This document shows, piece by piece, positions 52,512-64,000 of a stretch of DNA of 64,000 bases; position 1 is the first letter of the stretch; the number at the start of each line of letters is the position of its first letter. The notes below the pieces were generated by a model. The model did not search any database. It saw nothing but the letters and a program-made list of their open reading frames with translations, and had not been told where the DNA came from. Location of the stretch: assembly GCA_010405405.1 (NCBI GenBank), contig MU004230.1:3955119-4019118 (forward strand), in the 5' to 3' direction. The stretch is from Microthyrium microscopicum (taxonomy: Eukaryota). The position numbers and the translations under genes were made by a program.

Positions 52512-55500
52512 GCTGGCTGGGGTTTATGCGGGAGGTATGTGCCAGGCGGACAAAGGTCGTGGTTGAGCGCGGTGCAGCAACTCAACTGTGCGACGGGGAG
52601 GGTCCACGAGTATGGAGAGCGGCGCGCAGGTCAAACACATGGGAGGCGGCCAACAGATGTGGTGTCAGTGAAGGAGTGATGGCTTTAATGGGCGTTGGAG
52701 GAACGTAGGAGGGATTTGGGGCTGAGTTGTTGGTATGGAGTCGGGCGCGGTTGGAGGTTGGTTGGTGGAAGAAGCATTGAGTGCGGCAGTGTAGTGGAAG
52801 CTGACGATGATGTGTAAGGCGGAGACGGGATTATTGCGGAGTAACAGGTAGCAGCGGCGGAAGGCTAGTGGAAAAGTACAAGAGGAGAGAGACGAGTTTG
52901 GGTGATAACTGCATGTGTTGTAGGAGAGTGGAGTTGTAGTATGGACATACAGTAACAGGTGGTAGCAGTCTCCGGGCCAGAGGCGGCGTTCCTTCCCAGG
53001 ATTTGGTTAAGAGCAGCAAGCGCCCATTCGTGAATGAAATGGCGATTGGATCCGTAGATTGTACCGGTAGTAGCCTTCTCTAGTACTCTACCAGCTCGTA
53101 CATGCGTGAAAGCTAGCAGTTAGCAGGTACTAAAGACACCGTAGCAATGGGCCGGAGTGGGCTGCTGCAGTAGTGCAAGTTGGAGTTGGGAGCGGAAGCG
53201 AGAATTGATGCAATGATGCGAGGGCCGACTTTGTGGGATTGAAGTCTAAGCGACTCAAAGGTCGACTATTGGATGTATTTGCCCGAGAGAACGATTCTGC
53301 GACTTTATGAGTTACCAATCAAATGCAGCCCATCCGCATGTCAGTCTTGGTAAAAAGCTCGGAGGCGTAGAAGCGTAAAAGCGTTGATCTTCTCTCGTCT
53401 ACACTCTGCAACATTGGCTGTGTGAGTAAGTACTTTTGATACCACTATTCAACGTTCCATTATTATCTTTTGATGGCCTACGCCGCTTCAAATCTCTAGA
53501 ATTGAAGTTCAACTGTACATGGTACCGAGCTCTAACTGCCAATGATTTCATCACCCAAAAACTGGACACCAGCGCTTCCGCAGGTCCTACATCCTACGCG
53601 GCGTGGTAACTGGCAATTAAATGTATCTTACACAGGCAGTTACCAATAAACGACATATCCCGCCAAGCATTTCTTGCCATCTACTCTAACTCTCTCTATC
53701 TTATTGCCATGTCTACATGGTACTCATCTAGAACACCCGCTACTTTGCGCTGTTGATACTGATCTCTCACCTGACTCTAACTTGACATCAAGCCGGTTGA
53801 AGTGAGTCGCTGAGTCCATTCATGATTCCGACCGAACAACCAATCCTTTACTCGGTACTACCCAGTCGGCAAATCCGTAATGCTTCTCAACCTGTCCACC
53901 AGGGCCCTGTCTTTCATTCAACCCGGATAAATTTCCAATGTTCCATCTCCAGACTTCCCTCGCCATCCCAGGACCCAGCCTGCCCAGGTCTTTCCCTGCG
54001 CAAAGGAGCCCGAGAACCACTTCCCGACACCCGCTGCATCCCGTCACGCCCGTCGTTACGTCTTTCCTCCCAAAAAAACAGTAATTCTTGCAGTTCCACC
54101 CCCATCCCACCTGCTTGGATCTGACATGTCTTTTTCCCACGTTTGCCCATCCCCTCACGTTTCTCCTGCAATGTGACGACATCTTCATGCCACAACAACG
54201 AACCACTCGTATTATCGCCTTTAACTCTGCAACCTTCTCCTTTGCACTCAGTACTCTGCAGTTGCTGTCTGCCTAGACCCTTATCATACCTCCTAACGCC
54301 GCATCATTCTATCGTCTAGGCTCACAGACAATGCCTTTACTTTTTCTTAACTTCTTGGCATGAAGCTTTAGGATCGGTGGTATGTGGGCAATCGAGTATC
54401 GGTGCGCATTGCTATGATAGGCTCTCAGCGGCACGGCTGCGATACATCATCCATGCTACAATTGTACAATAATGAGCGCGGTATAGCAAATGTACCAACG
54501 ATGACTGTGGGTGACAGTCGGAAATAATTGCCCCGAAGGGCCCGGAGGTTGCAGCACATGGCCATCTTCGGCTCTTCAACGTGACGCGAGTTAGTTGCGG
54601 GCCTAGATCTTACTCCTCACGCTAGTGCAAGTAACTTTACTTTACTTCATGTTGAAAGTTTGGAGGCAAGATGTCTTCCATGGCTTTGATGTTGAGCGAA
54701 ATACATCCTCATTGGTTCATATTCTTATTGAATTCGGTGGAAACAGTATACATCAGCCTTGGTACGAAAACATCATACTGGATAGATGAGAGCAGACATA
54801 GTGACACAGGGAGGCGGTGCTCCGGATCGCCGTCACAGGAGTTGATGACCTCTGAACGCTCACCATACTGAAGTGCCAATAATTAACTGTTGGAAGGACT
54901 GGACATGAAGAAGGACGAGACCCACAAAATCACGATGGTTTCAGGACTACTCATGAATGGCTATCGTCGAATGAACAGTTACCAATTGAACACGGTTCTT
55001 AAAGGTCTATTGGCAGTCAATGTGGCAGTCCTGTGGCAGATGAATATAGATGTAAATTCAGAAAGCACTCCTACTGTACATGCAAGTAGATCATGAAATA
55101 CTCCGGAAATAAATCTTTAGATCCTTCTCAAATTTCTTTTATCTTACCACGAAATGTTTTGGTCGAGAAAACGTTGACAGCCAAAGGCTGGGTGCAATAA
55201 TGCAGCTGCTCACTATCAATTCAAATTGGAGGTATCTTAATATCAAGTTCCTGATTTTTGAAAATATGATCTCGGCATCTGGATGAAAGAAAAGGCCGGT
55301 TACACGTAACTCGGAGAGATGTTATTGAAGCCTGATTAGTCGGCAGAGAGCATAGTGCTCGTCTTATATGTGCTTATAGATTATGGACGACAGGAAAAAT
55401 ATGTAAAGACTGCAGGACATAATAATCATTTCGGTTTAGGGCCTAGAATTACTTTGTTTGAAATGCTCGGTGCTTCTCTTAGAGAATGCCAGTACTCAAC

Positions 55501-57197
55501 TCAATATTGAACTTTTGCAAGATATAAAATTGCTTCAATAACCAATATTGAACAATGCCGAAATAAGTGGCAAGATATTTCCTGTAGAACGAAAGATATA
55601 ATCTGATGTCAAGCGAAGAGGAATTCAAGTTTGGAAGAGGAAAGATGCTAATCGTGCGCTATATATTGCTTGGGGTGTGAATTCCTAATAATGATTAAGC
55701 CTATTCCTCGTTCACGAGTTGAAGAAGAACTTAAGTTGACAAAATTTCAGGCTAGCCTTAATAGGTTACCTGAAACTCTCACATAGCCCCTTATGCCCAA
55801 AAAATGTCACTGTAATCCCCTATGCCCATATGCAACATGGTTCTGAGGGTTCAAATCCCTCTATCGGCTTACCAGACTTCAAACTGGGTCATGGTTTTTT
55901 TTGCATCTTTTCACCCCTTTTATGCTTGTAGACATCGAATTTCATGTCAATCCTTTCTTTGCACCTAATTTTCGACTTCCCTTAGAGTTCCTATGTCTTT
56001 TCATTTTGCATCTAATGTTAATGTGCCGTAGCCTAGAGTTGAAAGCATGTCATTACCTACCTCTAGCCCTTTTGATTATGGTCAGATCCAAACGATATAT
56101 CCAGAATCTACGGTCTACTGCAAACTATTTTCGACTCCGAGCCCATGAGCTGACGCAGAAAAATCTTCCTTTTCAAAAGATTTATATACCATACCTATGG
56201 CGGCGATATAGCGAATCTGTCCACATTCTTTGAAGCTCTTCGCTTCCAAGTATCTCAAGGCTTTCAGATTATCCGAACCATAGAATGGGCTCAATCAATC
56301 ATCCCTCCAAAGTTGTTAAATTCCTTCGACGAAGATCGATAACGATAGGGTTCTGAGAAAGAGAAATCAAGAAGATAAAGTACAGTACTTGGTCAAGGGC
56401 TAAGGCTGAACCACGTTTTTATTGGCTTCAACAAACAGGGTTCAGCAGGGTCTGGGATCAGATCTTTGACATGCCGTCTTTTCAATTGGTTGAGACCCAT
56501 GTGCAAGCCGCAAGGCTGCCAAGATAAGGCTGAATGGCCAACCTCACTTCTTGTTTTGCGAGAGACAAAGTAATTGACAAATCTGAATGGGGAAATGGTT
56601 AGTGAGTAGTAATAACCGGTCTTCAACCAGTAGGAGAAGGGGCCTCGGACCGAATCAATTTGTGGTGATGAGGCTCACGATTTGATCATGGGCATGAAGT
56701 GTACTTAAATCTCCTTTAAGTCTGAAGATAGCTCCGCATTGCTTCAAGTGTACGAAGCTGAAATATTCGGGGTGTGATGGAAATCGAAGGCGGTGCTTTA
56801 GATAGGAACATTGTACGAGATAATACAAATTTTCATAGATTATAGAAAACTGGCTGAGGTTGCAATTCATTTCTACCTCACGAACTACTTATAATCCGAC
56901 TAGGCTGATGCAGAATAGCTATACCACCTCGAACAGAGGCACATTTTTCTCAGTCAGCCCGCCACTGACCTCGTTACCCTCCTCATTTCCCATTCATCTC
57001 ATTTGAGACTCCCAAATTCTCCCTCGTACACCATCGTCACACAAAATTTGCAGCCACTCTATTTACAATAAAAACCTACTAGCGATTACTCTTCAAACTC
57101 TGATTCAAGGGGGGACCACTACCTACTAGTAGCACCACTGAAAAGCGCCATTATGGACGACAATGCGCAACTCTAGGACCTCTCCATCCTGCAAAAG

Positions 57198-57770
57198 ATG
57201 TACCAAGGTCGTGTTCCTACAAACCAAGAGATGAAGGACCTCGCGAACGAATGGCATACGCAAGAACAGCGATTCGATCTTCTAGAAGAACGGATACCCC
57301 AAATCCACCGCCAAGGAGTCGAAGACGCTTGGAAAGACCTCGAAATGGCACAAAAAACATTCGCCAATAGCCTGTCAGAAAATGACGACGACTGCGCCGA
57401 GCTTTATAAAGAGCTTAGGGAAGAGAAGCAATCCACCAAGATCGAGTACGAGAACACCGCAAAGGTTCTACTGGAGCAAATGGAAGCAGGAGAGCAGGTC
57501 TTGGAGGGACCATTCGAGCAAATGGCGAAGCGACATCTCGCCGTCTTGAAAGAATATCGGGACCTGCAAATGGACTTGGAACAGATGATTGGGCCTGATG
57601 ATTTGACTGACGTTCTCGACCATCTCGCACCTTACCTAGGCTTCTTTCGCAAGGGCCAGGGCGAGGGAAAAGATTTGAGAGGAAACTGGTCCATTAGATA
57701 CGACAAAGCGCAGGAGGCCTTGTGCAAAGTATCCAATGTATTCAAACCGTATCAGTCTGATGCTGCTTGA
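57198..57770 (+). CDS. Orphan acidic helical/coiled-coil protein
   Basis: 190-codon ORF rich in E/Q/K/L; an upstream in-frame ATG at 57153 is cut off by TAG 57174-57176. Confidence 0.6.
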   Translation: MYQGRVPTNQEMKDLANEWHTQEQRFDLLEERIPQIHRQGVEDAWKDLEMAQKTFANSLSENDDDCAELYKELREEKQSTKIEYENTAKVLLEQMEAGEQVLEGPFEQMAKRHLAVLKEYRDLQMDLEQMIGPDDLTDVLDHLAPYLGFFRKGQGEGKDLRGNWSIRYDKAQEALCKVSNVFKPYQSDAA

Positions 57771-58302
57771 TTAATGCTTGGGGTGATCGTATGTCTACTC
57801 TTCACTCTCGGCCCTTCTTCTGCTAATCTAAGACAGGACTCACTTGGGTTGTGTGGAGACTTAAGAGAACTGGGTCATGCAGCACTTTGATTGCGGCGCT
57901 GTTGGTGGAAAGTTCTTTTCAGCTTTCTCTTCAGCTGATCGTTTGCTTAGTAGCAAAGGACGCTTTACTTGGACTTGTACAAAACTCTCGGCGTAATTTG
58001 ATGAGATAGGCAGAGTTCTTTCTGATGGTGTCTGCCGCTGACGGCTTGATATTGGTCCTCAGTCTAGGTCGGAAATGTAATTGGGGCTGCCAAAAAAGTG
58101 AAGAAGACTTATAATTCTACACTTGCTTTGCTTGCAGCACACCGTGATACATTCTAAGGTTGTACCATGACGTCTCTCCGCCCATTTAGCTCTGACCAGC
58201 AGTCTACTCCTCTAATATGAGTTACAGTTTATCGTTCAACTTCCCATATTTCTCCCAACCCATGCTCATCTCGTTCGCTGCACTTTGACTGAAGTAGTGT
58301 AC

Positions 58303-60857
58303 CTAATGATTGTCAATCAAGTAGTCGATGTTCTTAGAATCCCAGCGTTTGCTAGCATTGAAGGTCTGGTTGTGTTTTTCGCGTAGTATGTTGTGGATAC
58401 GTTCGTGGGCTGATGTGCTGATGGAGTTCTGGATAGGTTGAGCAGCAGAGCGAGTGACAGTGACGGCCGAACTTTTGTCGTTTTTGATGGCTTCTCCAGT
58501 AGATGGATGCATGGCCTCGCTCAAGTTCTTTCTCACCATCGGATCTAGAATCTGATAGAATGGCGGAAATAGAATCCAGTCCTCATCGAAAAGACGCTGC
58601 TCTTTGAGTAGAATCTCTCCAACTTCAGTGAAGAATACAGATCGCTTACTCATCCACTGTACAACAAATGCCTTACTTTCTTTGGCCTCTGTCTTGTCAT
58701 GCCAGGCGGGAAGCGGAATTGGAAACTGAGACCCGAGCTGGACTCGCTTGACTTCGGCCTAATTTTTGATCAGCTCTCGTTTCAAATTTGGAAGTTTTCT
58801 TGAACCCTTGCAGCGAATACTCACATATCCATGAAACATCCTATACTCCCGATTCTCTTCATGAAAGATCAAGAAAACTCGTTGCTTTGACCGATACAGC
58901 TGGCATAGCAAGTTCTCGGCCGACTTCGTCACAACCAGATAGTTCTCGCTCATCATGTCCTCCATTGTCACTCCAGGTGGAATCTTGACCAAGCAAACGT
59001 GGCTGAGAATTGCTGTGTTCTTCTCGCTATGCTTTTGTAACATAACTTCGGGCTTACTTGTAGAGTTCTGTGGTGTTGGCTGAATTTGAACCTAGCATTC
59101 GTTAGTGGGATACAGAAGACCAATGTAATGTTAACTCTGAAAGATTCTTCTGTCTCCTCGTTGAGCAATCCCATTCAGCGCTATGAGGATCATGCAGTGG
59201 CATATGGGCCATCGAGTGCGGAGAGGTTAATTCGAAAATCATGATGTGGGGAAAAGCGCGATTTCAGAGACATCTTGCAAGTTGTGATCGCATGCTATGG
59301 GTTCCATCGCATTCGGTGGGAGCCATAGCATGCGATGCAGCCACCATGTTGTCCGGTGTTATCGAGTGTACGTCAAAAAGGTAATTCCGCAAAGAGGCAA
59401 CTTACCATAGAAGATGTTTTCCGAGCAGCCATAGGTTGATCAGCTTGAACAGACCCCTCGCCATTGTCGATAGAATCCGGATGCTGAAGATTTTGCAAAA
59501 GGTCTGATGACTGATTCGTGACATCTGATGCCGCCGCTTTTGTGTATAGTGCTTCTGCAATCGAATAGCCCAAGTTGGTGTCAATTTTATGTAGCCATGG
59601 CCATTTCTTGAAAGCACATGAGGGCGAGAAAGAGTTTTCTATAGCACGCAGCAGCTTAGGATCTTCCCAAAAGCCAACCGGTTTTGTAGCTGCCCAATTC
59701 ACTGGAAACGGCTCATATCTTGTACGATGTAGTGGATGCCAGGTAGGATAAGGGTTCACGTCAGACTGCGGCATTGGTGGTCTCTCGACTCGTGCCTTGT
59801 GAATGATTAGCCGCCGTATCCATTTATCAACAGCTCTGAAAATGAGCACTTACTAGTCCCTTAAAACTACCATTGTTCTCTCCCTTAGGCGCAACCGTGT
59901 AGAAAATGATGAAAACGTGATCATGGTCTGTGAAGGCTTGATTCACTTGTTTCTGTGTCTTTTCTGATAGAATGTAGATCGATTCGGCCATTGATAGTGC
60001 TATGACACCACTTTGAGCGGGCCGGTGGATAAAGTAAGCAACTGACTGGCCATTGGATTTGAATGCAGTCGGAGTGCAATCGAAATGATCATTATTAGTC
60101 AGGGCGATTGAGAGATAATGTGGCACTGTTGGGCTTATAGTTAGTTCGGCCTTTCTCCGTGGTCCGCCAATCCAGATTATTGGCAGAAGAATTGTAGAAC
60201 TTACAGGCCTCTACATCAGTGTCTTCTCGTAGTCTGATTGGAAGATCTTCATTTTCATCCAGATCTTCAGCGCTCTTTTGCTTCTTTCGAGATTGCAAGC
60301 CTCTCGTCCAGCCTTCCATTTTCGCTTGAGCAACTTGAAGTCTTACCATTCGAAGTTGTGCAGGTGTTAGTTCTTCTTCAAGCGTGTCCATATTGGAAGC
60401 TTTCCGTTTTCCGGAAGACATGGATGGCGTCGAGATTGAGGGTGCGGGTTTGAGTTTTGTAACGTCAACGTTCTTTTGGGCCAATTCTTGAGTATATTCA
60501 GGTACCAGAAGATGCAGGTAGAATTCGAGTTCAGCGTCATGAGCGTTCTGGGTCAGGCCCCTAGAGAGATACTGCTCTACTTCAGCAGATGGTGCTTCTA
60601 TAGTGTTAGTGTTATGTAAGAGATGAATGAATTGGTAATTTTGAGAATAGAATCTGATAGCACTATTTATCATTAGAGTACCACAGAAACTATCCTACGA
60701 TAAGATGTTTCCCAGTGCTTTGATGTTGCCAAATAACGTGGGTGGATGAGAGTCCTGCGATAAAAGATTTACCTTGAAGTAGTGCTTTGCTAGACCAGAA
60801 CGCTTCGTGCTCAGCGTCCGAAGCATCGCTCGATGGAGCGTGGTGCCAGAAAGGCAT
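58303..60857 (-). CDS. Tandem double YTH-like domain protein (C-type + B-type domains)
   Basis: Start MPFWHHAP (60857) resembles copy C's MSFWYPAP; the first acceptor is uncertain. Introns 60126-60204, 59796-59853, 59092-59405 and 58759-58824 are all phase-compatible. Domain 1: VAYFIHRP..SIYILSEK..VNQAFTDHDHVFIIF..FKGL|ARV..PTWH..PFPVNW. Domain 2: VCLVKIPPGVTMEDMM..VFLIF..FHGY|AEV..PAWH..AFVVQW. Confidence 0.7.
59287..59336. repeat. Inverted repeat / hairpin inside predicted intron
   Basis: ATCGCATGCTATGG (59287-59300) and its exact reverse complement CCATAGCATGCGAT (59323-59336), with further imperfect inner pairing. Confidence 0.85.
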
Positions 60858-61953
60858 GAATGTTGCGAGGTGTGGATGAATGAGGGTGATGGTTGAGAGA
60901 CTCCTAAAACTTAGAGGGTGACCAACAGAAGCAGAGTGCGACAGCAAATCTGCGTCCAAAACCGATGGCAAGGGAATGAGACAAGCTTGACTGGTTGGAC
61001 AGGCACTAGTAACCTGTGGAAGACGTAAAGAAAATTGAAACTGCAAGTGCCTCCATGGAGGCGTCTAGAAGCGGCAAGATCATTTTTGAACTCGTCTTAT
61101 GCACCTCGTCCATTCAGACTTTGTTGGAGGTGGCTTCAAGGTCTTAGCACGGTAACCAATTATCCTTGAGTTACCACCCATGAACAGTAGAACTACTGAC
61201 TTTCCAATCTATTATCAGTCCTTAGAGCACTTTCAGACAGGCCTTGAATTTTTTCTGATAGCTTTCTGCACAGAAATTTGAGCATTGGGCGAACCTAATT
61301 ATACATCATAATCATTGACAGCTGACAGATTGCAGGGCAAGCTCTCAGCACCAAGAATTGTTATCATTATCTCTTAGTTCTTTGAGGCGAGTAGAAAATA
61401 TAAAGATAGTATCAATTGCGGACAAGTATGGGAAAATTCCGAGTTGTGTTCGTCACCAGATCGAAAGTGAAATGCTGCTTCTACCAAGAATGGAGGTTTC
61501 ACAGGTGACATTCATTTTGTTTTCTAGATTGCATGGTTAAAATACTATATGATCTCTCAAGCTTTTCTCGTGGTGGGTATGCCTGTTTGCTTTAGAAAGT
61601 CGGGCCCCTCTACTCCAGTATACTGATGAAGTGAAGTTGTCTCTACACGCTGCATAAGGCTGAAGCCTCATGTCCGCAGCCAATAGAACGCTAGAAAATC
61701 TATGAAGCGCGTTCGTTCTAGCCAATCATCGTAAGAGATGGTTCGCCTAGCGCGACTTAGACGCCACAGTGCAAACACCTCAACCCATCTTATCACCACC
61801 ACCTACAATTCACACGATAAAAGTTGTGTTTGTTCATCTATAGCCTGACAATAACCTTCGCAACGAACTAAAAAAAACCCCGGATAACTCGGTTCAATAG
61901 CCTGACTGTGATTAATTCCATGAAACATCAAAAAAGAAAATCCAAAAAAAAAA

Positions 61954-62125
61954 GATTTCTTGTCGAGAATTGAACTCGACCAATTGCCCTGTTTTGTTGT
62001 AGCCGTAACTTCGAATTGAATGGGAACGAGCCTGACTAAGGTCTGGCGTCGCTCAATTCGGTCTAGCGACCATGAAGCAGGAGGACAACAACATAAGCAT
62101 TGTGCACCACTACACCAATGAAACC
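61954..62125 (-). tRNA. tRNA-like Pol III gene with ~100-nt insert; isotype unresolved (pseudo-tRNA or tRNA-derived element possible)
   Basis: A box TGGTGTAGTGG; T-arm GTCGAG-TTCAATT-CTCGAC; 5' GGTTTCAT pairs with 3' AAGAAATC (one mismatch); a T10 terminator follows directly. Confidence 0.6.
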
Positions 62126-62354
62126 CAAAGTTTTATAAACCAACAGCATAAAATAGTATATATCACTGAATTCTTCGGCCACCAAAAATTCAAGTCTTCT
62201 GGTCCCAGCCCTCAGCCACTTGATTCCACATTTCCTATTTTACTCTTTTTGACTATTGCTGTATTGCCAATTGGGTTCGTCAATTGATGACTTACTTGCA
62301 CTATATTATGGCTGGTCACAATCATAGTACTCCGCCAGTCATATGCAACTGGGT

Positions 62355-63896
62355 TTATTCAATCCAATCTTGATGTCCACCGCATGCACTTCCTCTAAGT
62401 TCTATTAAAGAATCTACAGCTCTGTTCCTTCCAATCGTAGTGTTTGTGATTACCTTGGGAATGCGCTTCTCTCCTTCCATGGCCAGAATAGAAATCACTT
62501 GAGCTGTTATCTACGGCAAAGTTCAGCGAACACATTACTTCAAATGAATCTTCTGTGTACTCACCTGAGCGTTCGTGGTCAGAACTTGGGCATTGATATT
62601 GTCCACGGTATCACATTTCCTATGATAGCAAGGATCCTGTGCATAACCAGAACCGGTATGAAGTCCTCCACTTGGCTTGTTCAGCCGTCCAATGAAGGAT
62701 CCGTAATCACTGTTGCCAGCAAACTTCTCTGGGACTGTGGAGTTGATGCCTTTATTGATGAACGCATCAAGGAAGAGTTTGTGCAGGATCTCTGAGCCTG
62801 GAGGTCCTCCCATGCCTGGTCTTGCACCAGAGCCATCAAAAATTCCAAAATATCCTCTGGCTATCATGTCGAAGTTGAGATAGGCAAGAATGTTATCAGA
62901 CTCTGTCTTAGCCAAATGACCGGTGTAGAAATTGCTTCCCAAGAGACCGCTCTCTTCCGCTCCCCACCATGCGAAACGAATTTTGTTCTTAAAGTCGTAT
63001 TTCTGTAGAGATTTGAAGATCTCAAGTAGAAGAGTCACGCCGGATCCATCGTCGTTTATTCCGGGGCCAGCTTGAACACTGTCAAGATGTGCGCCTAGCA
63101 TGATCACGTTGGCTGGATCACCAGTCTTTGTTTCGGCAAACACATTCTGTGATATCCTGGGCTCGTTGATCTGGGTTGTCTGGAATAGTGCATTCTGTGC
63201 AGTCCCGTCACTGAGCTGGTCCGCAAGTGCTTTTCCATCAGTCTGGGATATGAGACCTGCAGGAATCAGCTTTTGGTTCGCGGAAGTTCTACCGCGCAGT
63301 GTTCCCATTCCCATAAAAGGCGAGTCGTTGTAGATGATCACTCCAGCGGCACCAGCTTCAGCGGCGGCATGAACAAGACCGGCAAATGTAGTACCGTCTG
63401 GACAGGCGCGTCTCCCAACAAGGACAATGTTCTTCTCCACATCAAGATTTTCGTACCCATCCCTAGAGCATGCCTCAGTTCCCTCTGGTCCAAGAATGAG
63501 AGAAGCTGAGATGCCGGTCTCGGAAGTCGATGGTGAGTGTTGAAGGAAGTTAATCTTGTAGTCCTTACTACCGACCCGGAGACCAATCGACTTGAATTGA
63601 CTGAAAGCCTCCGTGAAGTTTTGAGTCCAGACTTTAGCATTCTCCAGTTTTGCTGTTTGCGAAACAACATAGTCGACGGACGCTGCAAAACCTGGTAGAC
63701 CAAAAGCTCGATTGCCGCCATTGGCTTTACCAATATCGTCGAGAGATCGAAGATTACTCATGAGTCCCTCAGAAGTGATATCAAGTTCAAGTGGGAAGTT
63801 GACGTTGTCGTGCGACCATAGTTGAGGCTTCTTCGCATTGGCGCTCAGGGAAAGACACAAGATCTGACACCATACTTTAGACCTGAAGACATACAT
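62355..63896 (-). CDS. Secreted M28 aminopeptidase with PA domain (aminopeptidase Y-like)
   Basis: Signal peptide, GGNRAFG, PA domain, GAHLDSV, GPGINDDGSG, WWGAEESGLLGS, YLNFDM, SDY and DPCYH; the last intron starts ~62564 and the final exon ends at TAA 62355. Confidence 0.93.
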
Positions 63897-64000
63897 TCTT
63901 CGAATTAATACAGCTCTGAAAGATACAAGGTGATTCTTTGTATTGCCAAACAGCCTGCAACAGGTATCGAAAGATCTTCACTGTTGGACTTGAATCAAAC

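Noticed and set aside
59092..59405. Mmi1-type UNAAAC motif enrichment in the long YTH introns
   Set aside because: None found in this intron and only one in 10053-10367.

Overview
Fungal (filamentous ascomycete-type) genomic DNA with short spliceosomal introns. A central block of about 40 kb (13-52.5 kb) holds recognisable genes: a DUF3659-repeat protein, a formin-GBD/FH3 (Rid1-like) protein, RNase T2, a VelC-type velvet regulator, DUF1349, a class 3 lipase, arginine-specific carbamoyl-phosphate synthase large chain, LCL3, YOS1 and a CreB-type deubiquitinase. A type-B carboxylesterase and a DUF3328/UstYa-like gene sit at the left end and an M28 aminopeptidase at the right end. The main finding is in the two accessory-looking flanks (about 6-12.7 kb and 58-61 kb). 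Once hand-spliced, they encode four genes carrying five highly diverged YTH-like (m6A-reader fold) domains. All five share one phase-0 intron position, all have Tyr/Phe at the first cage-Trp position, and one gene is apparently a tandem double-YTH protein with a long hairpin-containing linker intron. They lie next to orphan or stop-interrupted ORFs and an unusual tRNA-like Pol III element. All family calls come from motif recognition by eye; no searches were run.
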